From the NCBI GenBank assembly GCA_030704615.1, contig CM060733.1, positions 43,090,001 to 43,154,000 on the forward strand: a stretch of DNA of 64,000 bases, written 5' to 3'. The position numbers and the translations under genes were made by a program. The stretch's first letter is position 1. Each line of letters begins with the position of its first letter. Positions 38,826 to 51,419 of this stretch are shown here, in pieces. The DNA comes from Takakia lepidozioides (Eukaryota; Plantae; Bryophyta). The notes beneath the pieces were generated by a model, which worked only from the letters and a program-made list of their open reading frames with translations, had not been told where the DNA came from and did not search any database.

Positions 38826-41800
38826 ATGGAGGATGCTTGTGAAAAAGGTGGAGCGGACTGGTTGGATTTTGTGCACCAAACCAGACTGAAGAAGGAGCGA
38901 AGGTACTGGTACTCACCAGACGAGTTTGATCATAAAATAGTGGAAGCATTTGTAGACCTCCGCGCCCGGAAGCCCAAAAACTCGAATTGGCAGAAGGACA
39001 AGCTCTTCTGTCCCTTCTGTGAAGAGGTAATCAAGGACAAAATCCAACTAAATCGGCATTGTGTTGACACGGGTTGCAAGGAGACTGTTGCAATGATTCC
39101 ACGGGATTTCAAGCCTTGGCCGATACTGAAAGAAATGTCGATTGTCAAAGAGGCCACAATGCGCTTGCGCGGATCAGTGCTTGACCCCCGCACTTTGGAA
39201 TTAGACGAAGTGCGCGCACGGTATGGCGTCCATTGTGGTGGCCCGTCAATGGAGGATTTGCAAGTGCAGGGAACGCTGGACGCTCCCAGAAAACGTAAAC
39301 TGAGTGATGGGGCCCAAAAAAAGGAGAGGCAAAAAAAAAGAAGGCTGCAAGGTCTGCTCGCGAGGCAAGGGCAAAATCCACGCAACAGACTGAACCCCGT
39401 CCTGGGCGGCAGACCCACACCATCAGTACTGATACTGAAAGTGAATCTGCTCAGGGCCTGGAAGGGGTGACAAGTCCAGTGGACATTGACTTGCCTGACC
39501 AGACTCGGCAGCAGACTCACACAAATATCGCGACCCATGCCATCGGTTTAGGGTCAAAACCAAAAACTCAACAGAGCACTGAAGGGCCAGTCTGCCCTGG
39601 CACATTGCGCCTCGTTGACTTTGGGCTTTTCCCACCAGAGTGCCCACCAATTGGGATCCAGACTTCTTCCGTTATTTCTACAGAGTTGCCCAGTCAGGTC
39701 TGCTACGCACATTAATCCGACAGGGCGGAACAGAACTGGTTGAACAGCTTTGAAGATGAAGATGACGATGATGAAGTAGAGGAGGTAATGGTCAGTCTGA
39801 CCGCCCAGTCTGTTCTCTGTGCTGTTTGAGTCCATCATCGGGGTCACGTTGCCTATTCAGTCTGGTCAGTCCCCTGCGTTCTCTCCTCAGTCCTGGCTCA
39901 GTCCGCTCGTCAGTTAGTCTGTTTTATATCGCTGCATTACTTACTGAGTCCGTTTGTCAGTCCGCTGGTCCAGTCCACTGGTATAGTCTACTAGTTGCCT
40001 CCACCCTACGTACGCACGTTAGTCTGCTGGTCTGTGAGTCCAGTCCGCTGCATGAGGTGAATATAGAGTCCACGTCCATGTTCCTGACGTCGAAGTTCTC
40101 TGCCGTGTACCAGGATGAACGTGTTTCTATTCGTAGGGCCATTCAGGCTTGGCGGATACCTAGCAATGATGCTCCTTTACAAGCGACTGCAGTGCGTGCG
40201 GAAGTGGACCGCGTGCGAGAGTACATATTATTGAAGTATCCTGGGTCATCTGCTGCTATAGCGGCATTACATATTGAAGACGCGTCGGGGGGGAATGCGT
40301 CTGGGACAGCCGAGTCTGCCATCCAGCAGACTCCCATTCAGCAGGCCGTCATCCAGCAGACTCCCGTTCAGCAGCCTGTCATCCAGACTCCAACGAGCAG
40401 ACTCCCAACGAGCAGCCTGTCATCCTGCAGACTCCTCTCCAGGAGCCCATCATGCAGCCCATGCCAATGGGAAGTCCTGTCATCCAACAGACTGCGGACC
40501 AGCAGACTGCCTTTCTCTCACATAGCACGGCGCTTTTTGCAGTTTGGCGATCGCCATCACCGGTAATTCGACCCGGAGCTGAAGACCTCACACTTCCCCG
40601 GCTTAGGGTGGGAGAAATTAATCCCCATTTGGATTGGCATAATGAGCTCCACCGGATTGTTGCGGACCGCCGGTGGTCATTTGTACCCTTTCATTATTCC
40701 ATGGAGTTTTCTATTGAGGAAGCCAACCATGTTCTAGAAGCCGCCTCTGCTGTTGCCATTGAAGCCACAAGCGACCAAAATGCGCCGCCTCTACTTGTGC
40801 AGCTGATTCTCATGGATGACCCACGCCTGAAGACCTCAGACATATGCCTATGGCACATCCAACCTTTGGGGTGCGAAGAAAGCACTTGTTCGGATTGACT
40901 GAGGAGGACTTTGAGCGCATGGCAGCTTCCTTCCTACAACACAGATGGATGCAATTTGGCAATTTCCCGCTCATACAACAAGTTGATGAAGGATCTGCAT
41001 AGTTTGAGGATGGACTTACTCCATGGAACAGACCATTCACAGAAGTTTGTGGTGGATGACGCATTGCACTGGTTTGCATTGGTGATGGAGCGAGCAGTAT
41101 TCGACATTGTTTTGCAGAATCCCAATGTCTTCAAAGTCCTGTGGTGTGGATCCCAACTGAAGACCGCATCGGCGCCATTGCTCATCTCGATGGAGCATGC
41201 CTGTGCCGGCAAATCAAGGACATTGGCCTCGTCGGAAATCTCTTGGAAGGTAAAATGTTATGGGCAACTTTCGTGTTTCAGCTCAATTTCTTTTGCCAAC
41301 TTTTTTACAAGTTCACATTTGCATAAACATGTGTTGCAGGGCGAGTTGATCTGGGAGACAAGCAAGTGCAGGCTGCTTTCGACTCTTTTGCCAGAGGTGC
41401 AAGGGACCTTGTCCTGGCTTTACAAGGAGTTCGGGAGACTGTCCAGCAGACTGGCCACAAGAATGTCGAACAACATATTCCCCACGACACATGTGGGCAG
41501 ACTGCCCAAGTGCTGGAGACCGAGCATGTGCACCAGACCGTCCCGGGTAATAGGCCGGATCACTCCCAGCAGACTGCCCCGCACACACATACTCAGTATG
41601 TGCAAACAGTACTGAGCGAACTTTGCAGACTTTGCAGCAGACCAGACCGGCCAGCAGATTGCCCCTCAGCAGACCCAGCAAGGCCAGCAGATTGCCCCTC
41701 AGCAGACTGTGCAGCACACTGGCGAACCACTCAGCAGATGGCCGAGCAGACTATCCAGGAGACTAACAGCCAGTCTGTTCCCTGGATTGTGCAACAGACT

Positions 41801-44433
41801 CGGATGCACTGGCCTCACCGGGACCCTGTGGACGAATTTCTGCTGAGTTCCCAACACATGTTTTTGGATCTGCCAGTATGAGTGTTTTGACCGAGTCCAC
41901 TTTTCCCCCAGGCACATTCACTGACGACGTCATCAGGTCACCGGTAAAGCATTCTTATCCAGCTCCCCGTGGCCTGCCTTCTATGACCTTCCAGGTTAGT
42001 CCCGTTTTCGTGCGCTCAGTGGCGAAAGCCATAGATGAGTCTTACGTGATGACCGAACTCAATCTGGGAACGCAAAACCGTATCATAGATCTTACAGAAG
42101 AGTCTGAGGAAGCAATTGCCGGTGGGTCTTCCATACATGTTCTTGATGTTTCCCAAGTCCATGGAGATCCGAACACCCAGCCGGCTGTCCACCAGACTGA
42201 CCAGCACACTGAACAGTGGACACATGGAAGGACTGCCGAGCAACCTGTGGCGGGGCAGCATACTGTCTTCATTGATGAGCAGACTGAACCGCAGACTAAC
42301 CAGCAGACTGCACAGGTCACAGATGGAAGGACTGACCAGGATGGCTCGGAGCGGCAGACTGCACAGCTCAGCTCTGACTGCACAGTTCAGATTGCACGGC
42401 CTGACCAGCACACTGCACACTTCACAGAGGGAAGGACTGACGACCAACCTGCCACCGAGCACATTGCCCACATTGAGGAAGAGACTGAACCGCAGAGTTG
42501 CCAGCAGACTGCACAGTTCACAGACGAAAGGACTGACGAAGAACCGGCGGCCGAGCAGACTGCCCACATTGAGCAACAGACTGAACATGCTGGCAGGCAC
42601 ACTGACAAGGAACCACATGCGGCGCAGACACCGTCTGGTATAGCGCTGGATTACATGGAGTCTGCTCCCTCACCCCTTGGGCAGGTTGTGCCATTTCCTC
42701 TTTCAGCACTGTTGTTTATGTTTTAGCACATTGTGAAATTGGGCTAATTCGACATTTTGCTCGGTATCCTCACAGGATGTTCGTCCCTCCGTCGGCAGAC
42801 TGTCTACTTCTGAGGACATGACATCTTCCGCCCATGCTGCAAACGTGGGATCGACAACCAAGAAAGGTGTGGGGGTGAGCACGCCCCCCGATGCGCGGGT
42901 CAGTTCTACGCATGCGACCCACGAAGCTGCAAAGACAGGTCCAGCAAGTGTAAACAAACCTGCTGACCAGCCTCTGTTGCGAAGTAGGGCGGCAGCGCTG
43001 CGTTTGTCTGCTCTATCCAGCCCGCCTACAGCTGTCCCTGCTTCCCAGGGGAGAGGCAAAGCCAAGAAGCGGACTGTCGTGGACCATGCTGAGGAGGTCG
43101 AGGAGGGTCCGAGTACCAAGAGACCGGCGAAGAAAAAGTCTGGCGTCTTTATGAACAAGAACCGCAAGCTGGCCTTGACATGGACAAAGATGTGGGTCGT
43201 TTCCTGGAGCAGCACAGGTGAGTACTGTGCTCAGTCTCCTCGTCTGTCTTTGTCGTTAAGTGCTTTGCGCTCTGTTGTGGTCAGTCTGCACGCTGGTCAG
43301 TCTGCTGCTGGTTTCATCATTGTCTGTTGTGGTTAGTCTTGTCAGTCTGATGAATTGTTCAGCCTGTAGAGTGTTTGGTACCATGTTGACGTCAGTCTGT
43401 TCAGTACATGAGGCTTCCCGAAGGATGGTCTGCTCTGTGCAGGATGGGTGCTCGGTTTGGCAAAGCACATGCTCTGCACGTGAAGGCGGGTAATTCCATG
43501 CTGATGTTTTTTGAAGGGGACCCACGGTTTGAATGCGGACTGTCGCCGGATGACATAAAGGCGGTCCAGAAGGTTGAGTCGGAGTGCACAGATAGACTCC
43601 TGGAGCTGTGGTGTCGATTCTATGAGAAAGTCGGTTGAGGCTGCGTTCACCACTATTGTTGTTCTTCCAACGTCGACGTGGACGGTGTTGAAGTCATTGG
43701 GGGTGGGGCAACATGAAAGCCTTCTGGAGGTCTTGAAAGGTTGCCTCAGCACTGAACGACTGGGCAAGGACTTGAAAGAGTGCGATTTCATTTTGGTGCC
43801 AATTGGGGACGAGTAAGAACTCTTCTGAGTCTGCTGAGACTGTCTCCTGAGTCATAGTCTGGTTTCGCAGTGTCGTCTTGACTCTGAGCGATTAAGTTGA
43901 CCTCTGTATTTGTGCAGTGGACTGGGTTTGAAGATTGAGTCTGCTGAGTGCTGAGTCTGCTAGTCGCCCATCATGATTGTGCAATGACGCCATGTTGTTT
44001 GATACCATTGCAGGGGCACTGGAGTGTTTGTATCATCGACCTCCGCAAGGGCTGTTACACTCACCTGAACTCTATCAGGGACTTGCATAAATGTCCCTTT
44101 GTTCTAGGGTGGATTCGGAAGCTTCATGCGAGTGCTTAGGGTACTCGATGGACTCACCAGAGTGGCATGATTGTCCAAGCATTTCAGTTCCACGCGCCTG
44201 ATGTGCCCCAGCAACCATTCAGCTGGGAGTGTGGCTTTTACGTCATGTCATTCATTCAAGTGTTTTATGAGTGGGTAAAAGTCAGAGCAAATGTCTCCAA
44301 GACTGCAAAGCCAGAGAGAGGAACACCTTTCACGAAGGACTGGTTTACTTTCAAGTTTGCACTTGGGCAGCGAATGCAGTGTGCCCAGTATATCGTGCGG
44401 GGGTTGGACAATGTAGAGAAACTGCTCTCATGA
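38826..44433 (+). pseudogene. MULE-2 accessory gene: N-terminal CxxC..H Zn finger, Q/T-rich repeats, C-terminal Ulp1 (peptidase C48) domain
   Basis: FCPFC...NRHC; CDFILVPIGD; GHWSVCIIDL...HLNS; VPQQPFSWECGFYVMSFI (Ulp1 catalytic H and Q..C pattern). Multi-exon, with frameshifts and stops. Confidence 0.8.
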
Positions 44434-44976
44434 GTATGATGTACTTGTCCTGTGAAGTCTATGTACCGAAATAAAAAATGCGAGTCTTTTCGCTTACTAT
44501 TCCAGTGGTGATGAGCACTTTTGTGTACTGTGGGTGCTGGCATGTTTTGTAATGTTGTCACTAAACTCAATGGACACAATGGTGTCAATTTTTCCATGCA
44601 CTGTGCACCCGAGTCTGCTGAGCTTGAATGTGCGAGCAGTACGCTGCCGAGGCTAGGACTGTGGGGTCTGGTACCTAGTCTGGGAGGCACCATGTCCATG
44701 AGTCCGCTGGACGCTGGATTGGCATAAGTTGCAGGGATGAGGTGGAAGTGTGGTGAGCAGTTTTTGGAGTGGGCAGCAGACTGACCAGCAGACTGGCTTA
44801 CTGGCGCTCGCAGTCTGTTGACTGTGACTCTGTTGGGAGACTGTGCGTGAGTCCGTTGGGAGACTATGCTTGGGAGACTGTGTGGGAGTCAGTTGGGAGA
44901 CTGGAGGAGTCCGTTGGGAGACTGTGCATTAGTCCATTGCGGACTTGTATTTCAGAAAGGGACAATGCTACCAGAA

Positions 44977-45190
44977 GAATTGCAGACTTATATTGTCTTC
45001 TTCGTGACACTACTGAAATTGCAGACTTATATTGTCTGTGACACCTACACGTCTCTTTTCGAGGAATTGACTTATATTGTCTTCTCCGTGACACCTACAC
45101 GACGTGAAACCTTGTCTCTTTTCGAGGCATTGCAGACTTATATTGTCTTCTTCGTGACATCTACACGACCTGAAACCTTGCGAATTTTCG
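44977..45190. repeat. Tandem repeat of TTGCAGACTTATATTGTCTTC..CGTGACA between the convergent genes
   Basis: Four copies of gacttatattgtct. Confidence 0.85.
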
Positions 45191-45199
45191 AGTATATAT

Positions 45200-48100
45200 G
45201 TGCTGCAGGTGCAGGTGCAGACACCCTCTTGCTGGTTCTCCGCAAACCCTAGGCCGGGTTTCCAGGCCTCCACGAAATCTCGTCTCCTTTTCAGAGACAT
45301 GTTGTTGTTGTCGTTCAGAGGACGGAAAGCCTTCGCTGCCGCAGGGTGCAACATTCCAGCCGCACTTTTCGCCAGGATATCAACGAGCTGCCCTCTGCAC
45401 ATATGAAGAGCAGATCGGGCATGTGCCTCCAGGTATTTGTCATCACCTACAATGCGAAGTATGTCCGCGAATTCTTGTTCCAATGAGGCTGAGACCTCCA
45501 GAGGCCTCGTCGTAGGGGAAGTCGTCCGGAGGATGTCTTTCCATGAACTGATTGGATTCGTCGTTGCCGCCGGCACCATTGCCCAAGAGCAAGTTAGGTA
45601 ATCCTCCATGAATGGTTCCCAGCGCCGTGCCACAAGCGCGCACAAGGGCCATCCTGCAGGTCAGGGTGAAGCATCTTCAGGACACGGACCTGATGCTTGC
45701 ATAAGTTTCCCTTCATTGCCCATGGGCACGTGCAACAACCCCAATCGCAATCAGGATTGTAAACAATGTATGTTGTGCCGGGGTGGTTGCTGCTGAGAAC
45801 GTAGGCTGGTTCACCAGGACCCAAGGGAAGAGTAACACTCTCAGCAGGAATGTCTCGTGCCGCAAGTATAGAACTGGATATGTACTTTTCGTGTTTGTCA
45901 TTTCTTATGAACCCGTGGGTCTTCAAATGGATTGCGTACCAGTAGTGTGTTAGCACACGGCCAGTGAGTTCCCATATAAGCCAGTCCACTCTACGACCAC
46001 TCATCTTGCCTTTCCCCATGGCAAGTCTTGCCTTCAGATTTCCATGGTATGCCTCAATGCTTGCGTTTGTGTCTTGGCTCGCATGAGGGACATGGCGGGC
46101 TGCTGTACACCACATTGCTATTTTGGGCTTCCAGTACTGTTCGATATAGTCAAGAAATTCATGTCCTTTCGGGTATTTTGACCTCATACGACGGATTCTC
46201 CTTGCAACCCACCGAAGCGCTCTTTTCTCGTTGCGTGGTCCCCCTCTACAGTACATGAGGTCTCCCATATCCTTCAACAAGTTTACAGCGGTCACCGGAT
46301 CCTTCGTTTTCTTGCATGATTGCTTCACCCATGCCTTGCGGACATGCCAAAGGCAGAGGAAAATGAGTACTCCTTCAAAAACAATTCTGCACAACACACA
46401 TGGTACACATTAGAGTCTTGGGATCGGACTGCAATGGTGGACTGCCGGAGTGGACTGTAACAGCGACCTGTATCAGCGGGCAGAGCCACTGGACTCGCCC
46501 AGTGGACAGTACAATGCCATGACGTTGATGTGCTGGAATAACCCCATTGGACTACCCAGTGGACTTCCCCATTGGACTTCCCCTAGCTAGGACTGGGCAG
46601 CGGACTGCATCAGCGGACTGCCCAGGGACTGCCGAGCGGACTTGCCAGGGATGGACTTGGCAGGGACGGCCGACCCCAGGGACTGCTGAGTGGACTTGGC
46701 AGCGGACTTTGGGACTGCCAGCGGACTTGCCAGGGGACTGATGACCGGACTTGACAGCGGACTACCAGTGGATTTGCCCAGCAACTGCCATCGGGTTTCG
46801 CCACAGGAGTCTGCCAGTGGACTGTAGCAATGGACTGCTGCAGTGGACCTCGACAATGGACCGGTGACCACCAACAGACTTACCGAATAGCGTTGATTTC
46901 TGCTTCGGCATCGTCCACAATGAAGGCATTGGGTCGCCAGCTCGGCAAATCTGCGAGGAGTGAATCGCGCAAGGCTCTCATCCACGGAACCAGGTCTCTT
47001 GTCCGATTCCTCGCGGATAGGATATAGGCAACTGGTATACCGTTCAACACTCGTCGAAGACCATCAACGTGTACAATGGGAACTGTTGGAATGCACAATG
47101 TAAGATGGTCAGAGCATGCAAATTCCGCTCAGTTCTGCACGAGAACTTCATAAGAGTGATGAGGTCTGTAGCGGTTCACAATGGGTCTGCCTCTCGGTCT
47201 TCCGCAACGTACAACCCTAAACATACAGAAAGGGTCAGCACACCAAATATTATGTGAATGTTGCATGGTACTATGCTATCATGCTCGTACAAGTCCATGG
47301 AATCGTTCGAATAGTACCTTGTCATGATTTGTCCCAAAGGTTGCATCACATGCAACGATACGGTCATGTCCTAGTTCCAGCATTCGTCGTTTCTGCCACG
47401 GAGTCTGTATGCCAATAGTGAATGTCAAATCTCCATCAAAATGCTCGAATGTTGGCTCTAATTTCTCCTCTTGATAGAAAAAAACGGACGCAGGATTCTG
47501 GTCTCTCCACATGCGCACACTCTCTGCATCATCGGCGTGCTTTTTGAAGGTTTGCCACGCACGTTTCTCGGCAAGGTTGCGAACATCTTGCTCCAACAAG
47601 AAATCATCGCGGGTCCATGCATCGCCCAAGCCGGTGTTGTTCATCACGTGCTCTTTGCTCCATCATGATTTGGGCGACCGACAGGCCTCGGCACAAACAC
47701 TCGACGACCCAGGCTTTCAATTCCTCGCTAATGTGTGGTGCATAGGCGTGGCGGGTGTTCCTGAACTCTGCGGACTTCCCATGCGAGGGTTTCCCTTGCG
47801 CATCTGTATGCTCCATGTTGTTGTAGTACGTGAGGACACAGATGTCAGGGGCGAGATAGCATTGCTGGACCTTGAAACAACATTGGCAACCACGTTTGTA
47901 AGACTCTCCATACTCCGACTTCTTTCTCCTTGGGCCTTTATGAGGGCAAGATGTTCCAGCACCCACAAGAGGTCCTCCACGCTTCTGTTTTGGATCCTCC
48001 ACTATTGCCTTGTTGGTGCGCTTGTCATCAGGACCGTAGCAGCATTGATACCTGGACAGAAAATTCTAAAATCGATATCCAACGACTTGAGGAAGCATAA

Positions 48101-48499
48101 AATCAGAGAACTCGTGAAACAAAAAATGGCAACAGACATGCAATGAAACGTCAAAAGGACTGAGGATGGTGCACACATAATACTGGACAGAAATGTGTTG
48201 GCTCTGGGTGCTTTTCGCGAGCCGGGTTCCACTTTAGAATGGACATTCACCCAAAACTGAGTGGGGTAGTCCTCCAAACTCTCCTCTCCCAGGACGAAGT
48301 CACCAACTCTATCCCAAGGTATGCAGGCCTTTTCAACATTCACTCGCACACCCATAAACCCATATTGCGTCTCACTCTTCCAATGGAGATCCTTCCTGTT
48401 GAAGGGTCCTGGTTTTGCTGTTTGCAAACATTGTCGAAGAGGCCGTATAAGCGGGCTTTCCGTGATCAGTATATCATCGGGTTTTGCTTCCACGTCCAT
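45200..48499 (-). pseudogene. Mutator-type transposase with SWIM domain (resembles the At1g60560/At4g13970-type SWIM proteins), frameshifted
   Basis: Exons approx. 48499-48177, 48051-47318, 47082-46884, 46386-~45200. Motifs IPWDRVGDFV, YQCCYGPDD, KRGCQCCF, ACDATFGTN, FIVDDAEAEI, CLWHVRKAW, NASIEAYH, SWIM CTCPW...CKH. Confidence 0.9.
46410..46880. repeat. Transposase intron built largely from GGACT(G/T) motifs
   Basis: Repeated gcggactg, gtggactt and gggactg throughout the intron. Confidence 0.85.
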
Positions 48500-48648
48500 G
48501 CCCTATACAGTACAAAGGACACGCTTCTGAACATGCAAGAAACGCGCCGCAGTACAAGACACGATCGACAAAAACGTGCCAGGAGAGAACAGTGCGCACG
48601 TTCGCAGCTGCTGGCAAGTGGCAGACGGCAGGGATGCAGGTTTGAATT

Positions 48649-48924
48649 GCAATCCTAAAAATGGAGGGCTCGGATGGGTTATGGGAATGGACGGTGGCGA
48701 TCCTGCGCCGTCAGCGGACTGGATGGCAGGGGACTGGCCAGCGGACTGGCGGGCAGTGGACTCATGGGCGGGGACTGGCGCGCGGCGGACGGGGGCGCGG
48801 GCGCGGTTGCTGCAGCCGCGCGCAGCGGCGGGCGGGGTGCTGGGAGCCGGGCGTCCGTGCGCGGGGGCCCACCGGCCACATCGCACGTGCCCATTGAAGA
48901 CCCTATTATCTTAAAATGAGAGGC
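48649..48924 (-). repeat. Right TIR of MULE-2
   Basis: Ends TTATCTTAAAATGAGAGGC; mirrors the left TIR. Confidence 0.92.
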
Positions 48925-49269
48925 GTTTTAGAGGTGCACGGGGATACAAACCTTGGAAGTTGTTTTGTTGTGCATAGACTTATATATGCCTATGGCCACT
49001 CCTATGTGTGTCAGTTGGTATGGTATCGACGAGCGTCGATTGTACTTTCTTGGAGATGGGGACTGCCATAGATTAAGTGGTGGTCCTGTAATATTTTGTT
49101 GGCTTCTCCCTAAGGAGAGACCACACATCGATTGTTTTCTCCTAATGTACCTTCCTTAGTTAATACCTACCTATCAAGATCCTACCTTCCCAATAATTAG
49201 CCATTTTCAATATACTCTCGTCCTCCATTGTTACCCATTCATTCATAACTGGGTGAGTGCCGTAATTAT

Positions 49270-49590
49270 TATATTTAATTCCCTTCAGATTTATCCCTTC
49301 GGTTCTATCATATTCAATGCCTTTCAGATTTATCCCGTTGGTTTTATCATATTCAGTTCTTCAGGTTTATCCCTTCGGTTCTATCGAATTCAGTTCACTT
49401 CATATTCAATCCCTTCAGATTTATTCCTTCGATTCTATCAAATTCAGTTCCCTTCAGTTCTATCAAATTCATTCTTCAGATTTATCCCTTCGATTCTATT
49501 CATTTCTCTCAGTTTTATCAGAATGATTTCCATTGTATACAGTTCTTTTCAATTTTATCACATTGAGTTCAGTTCTCTTCAGATTTATCC
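49270..49590. repeat. Degenerate AT-rich tandem repeat (ttcagatttatcccttcg..tctatca..ttca, ~38-45 bp)
   Basis: At least six copies of ttcag(a/g)tttat.cc. Confidence 0.8.
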
Positions 49591-50535
49591 CTCCCATTTG
49601 TTTTTATTTAATATAGTGACCGCCATACGGCGATTGCGTGTTTTTTTTTTTTTTTGGAAATCCAGGGACCCACCGTGTGGCGGTCGTTTTTTTAAAAAAA
49701 TCATGAAGCGGCGCTTAAACGTTGTATCCCTAGCCCTTTTGTGACGTTTGTGGAAATCTCCATCGTCCCCTTCACTAGGGGACTTTCCATTGTGAGGGGA
49801 TGGAGTCCTGCCAGCGAAAATGTAGGTGGGGAAGATGGGTTCCGAGCATGTTGCCTTTGCCCCAGGAGTTGTGGAAATCTTGGAGCAGCTTCCTCCCCCT
49901 TTGTTATGTAGTTCTGGGAATAGCTGCACATATGTACAATCCCCTATGCTTTCCTCCCCTCAGTCGACAGATCAGAGTATGTATGTTTTTAAAGTTATCA
50001 GAGTTACACATTTTTTTTAATTTTTTTTGGGTTAACAGGGGAGAGCCCTAGTTAACATTATTATGAGATTTTTTTGGTGGGCGATGCCCTTACAAGATGA
50101 ATTATTGGGAGGGAAAAAATTAAACCCTCAGATTACGCCATAAAGCACACACACCGTAGTCATTGAAATGGGAGCCTAGCCACTCTTGATGAGTATGGAC
50201 GAACTAGACGGGCCTAAGGCATTTAAAAGAAAGCATTCCACGGGGGGTCTGTCACCCCATCTTGCGAGCTTGATGAGCTAAGCTTCTTTTATGTGATGAT
50301 GCTACATTTTGTTCAAGAAGTCGGCCTTGTTGTAGACGTGGTTATGAAACTAGATGGATTGAATGATTAGCGGAAATTGAGCTAACTACTTGACGTGTTT
50401 CCAGTTGACATCCCTGTCAAACTCCGGCGAGGCGGTGGATGGTACCACGGACGTCCCTCCAGGCCCTTGGAGGCAGCTTGTTCCAGTCGTAGTGATCAAG
50501 GGAGGCGCTGTTGCAAATAATCCCATTCCTCCCCC

Positions 50536-51419
50536 GAGCGACGCTACGGCGTGAGCAGTGAGCGCACGCTCACGCGGGGCTGATGTGGCGTGAGGCCACG
50601 TCAGCGTGAGCGGATGCCATGTCAGCAAATGCCATAGGACGGGCGGTCGAAGAAAGAATACCTATTCCCGCTGGACCTATAACCATGGGAATAGGCATGT
50701 AAAGTATGATGAAATTAGACCCATTATGAAAAAAGAGCACATGGCTTCAATGAATAGGTAAGACTGTCAAGTGCTGACCTATGATGCATATTGCAAACAA
50801 GACAACTCCATTTTCAGCGACAATTGCCAATAAAAAACAAAAACAATATCCCTAAATAAACCAAAAAACCCCCAAAAAAGAAAAAAGAAAAACGCCTAAA
50901 AAGAGGTGTGCGAAAAAAGAAAATCCTGAAGGGGTGTGCGGCACCGCACACCTCTTTCAGTGGCACCGCACACAAAAAAAAACCCTAAGAAAACCCTAAA
51001 AACCCTTTTAAAAAAAAACCTAAAAAGCCCTTAAAACCAAAAAACCAAAAAAAAAATCCCCTGAAAGTGGTGTGCGGCACCGCACACCACTTTCAATGGC
51101 ATCTACGGGGAAAATAAAAACCCCTAGAACCCCCTAAGAAAACCCTAAAAACCCTAAAGAAACCCTAATTAATCATCCACTATACCACCTTCCCCTTAAT
51201 TACTAATCTTCATTGTGCCCATTGTCAATATCGCAGCATTCGGTTGGATCCTTGGCAACTGTGCTCTTCATATAATCTTGTCAATGGCATGCCTACAGGG
51301 ACATCATGCCCGCGGTTTAGGTGCCATCCGCGGAATTGTGTACAGTATTTTTTTGCAAAATTTTGGGGCAGCATCGCTCACGTGAGCATAGGCTGACCGC
51401 TCACGATCTAGCATCCATC
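50536..51419. mobile_element. Non-autonomous MULE/MITE with MULE-1-like termini, inserted in the LINE
   Basis: Starts GAGCGACGCTACGGCGTGAGC (MULE-1: CAACGACGCAATGGCGTGAGC) and ends GCATCCATC (MULE-1: GCATCCCTG). Flanks TCCTCCCCC / CCCTCCCCA form a 7/9 degenerate TSD. Confidence 0.65.

Larger units (their letters stand above)
36569..48924. mobile_element. MULE-2: Mutator-like element, 12,356 bp, convergent transposase and Ulp1 cargo
   Basis: Exact 9-bp TSD GTTTTAGAG (36560-36568 and 48925-48933). Long GC-rich TIRs begin GCCTCTCATTTTAAGATAA. Confidence 0.96.

Noticed and set aside
49610-49710. Possible Helitron 3' hairpin (CGCCATACGGCG)
   Set aside because: Hairpin is short, there is no canonical CTRR end, and no 5' end or Rep/helicase was found.
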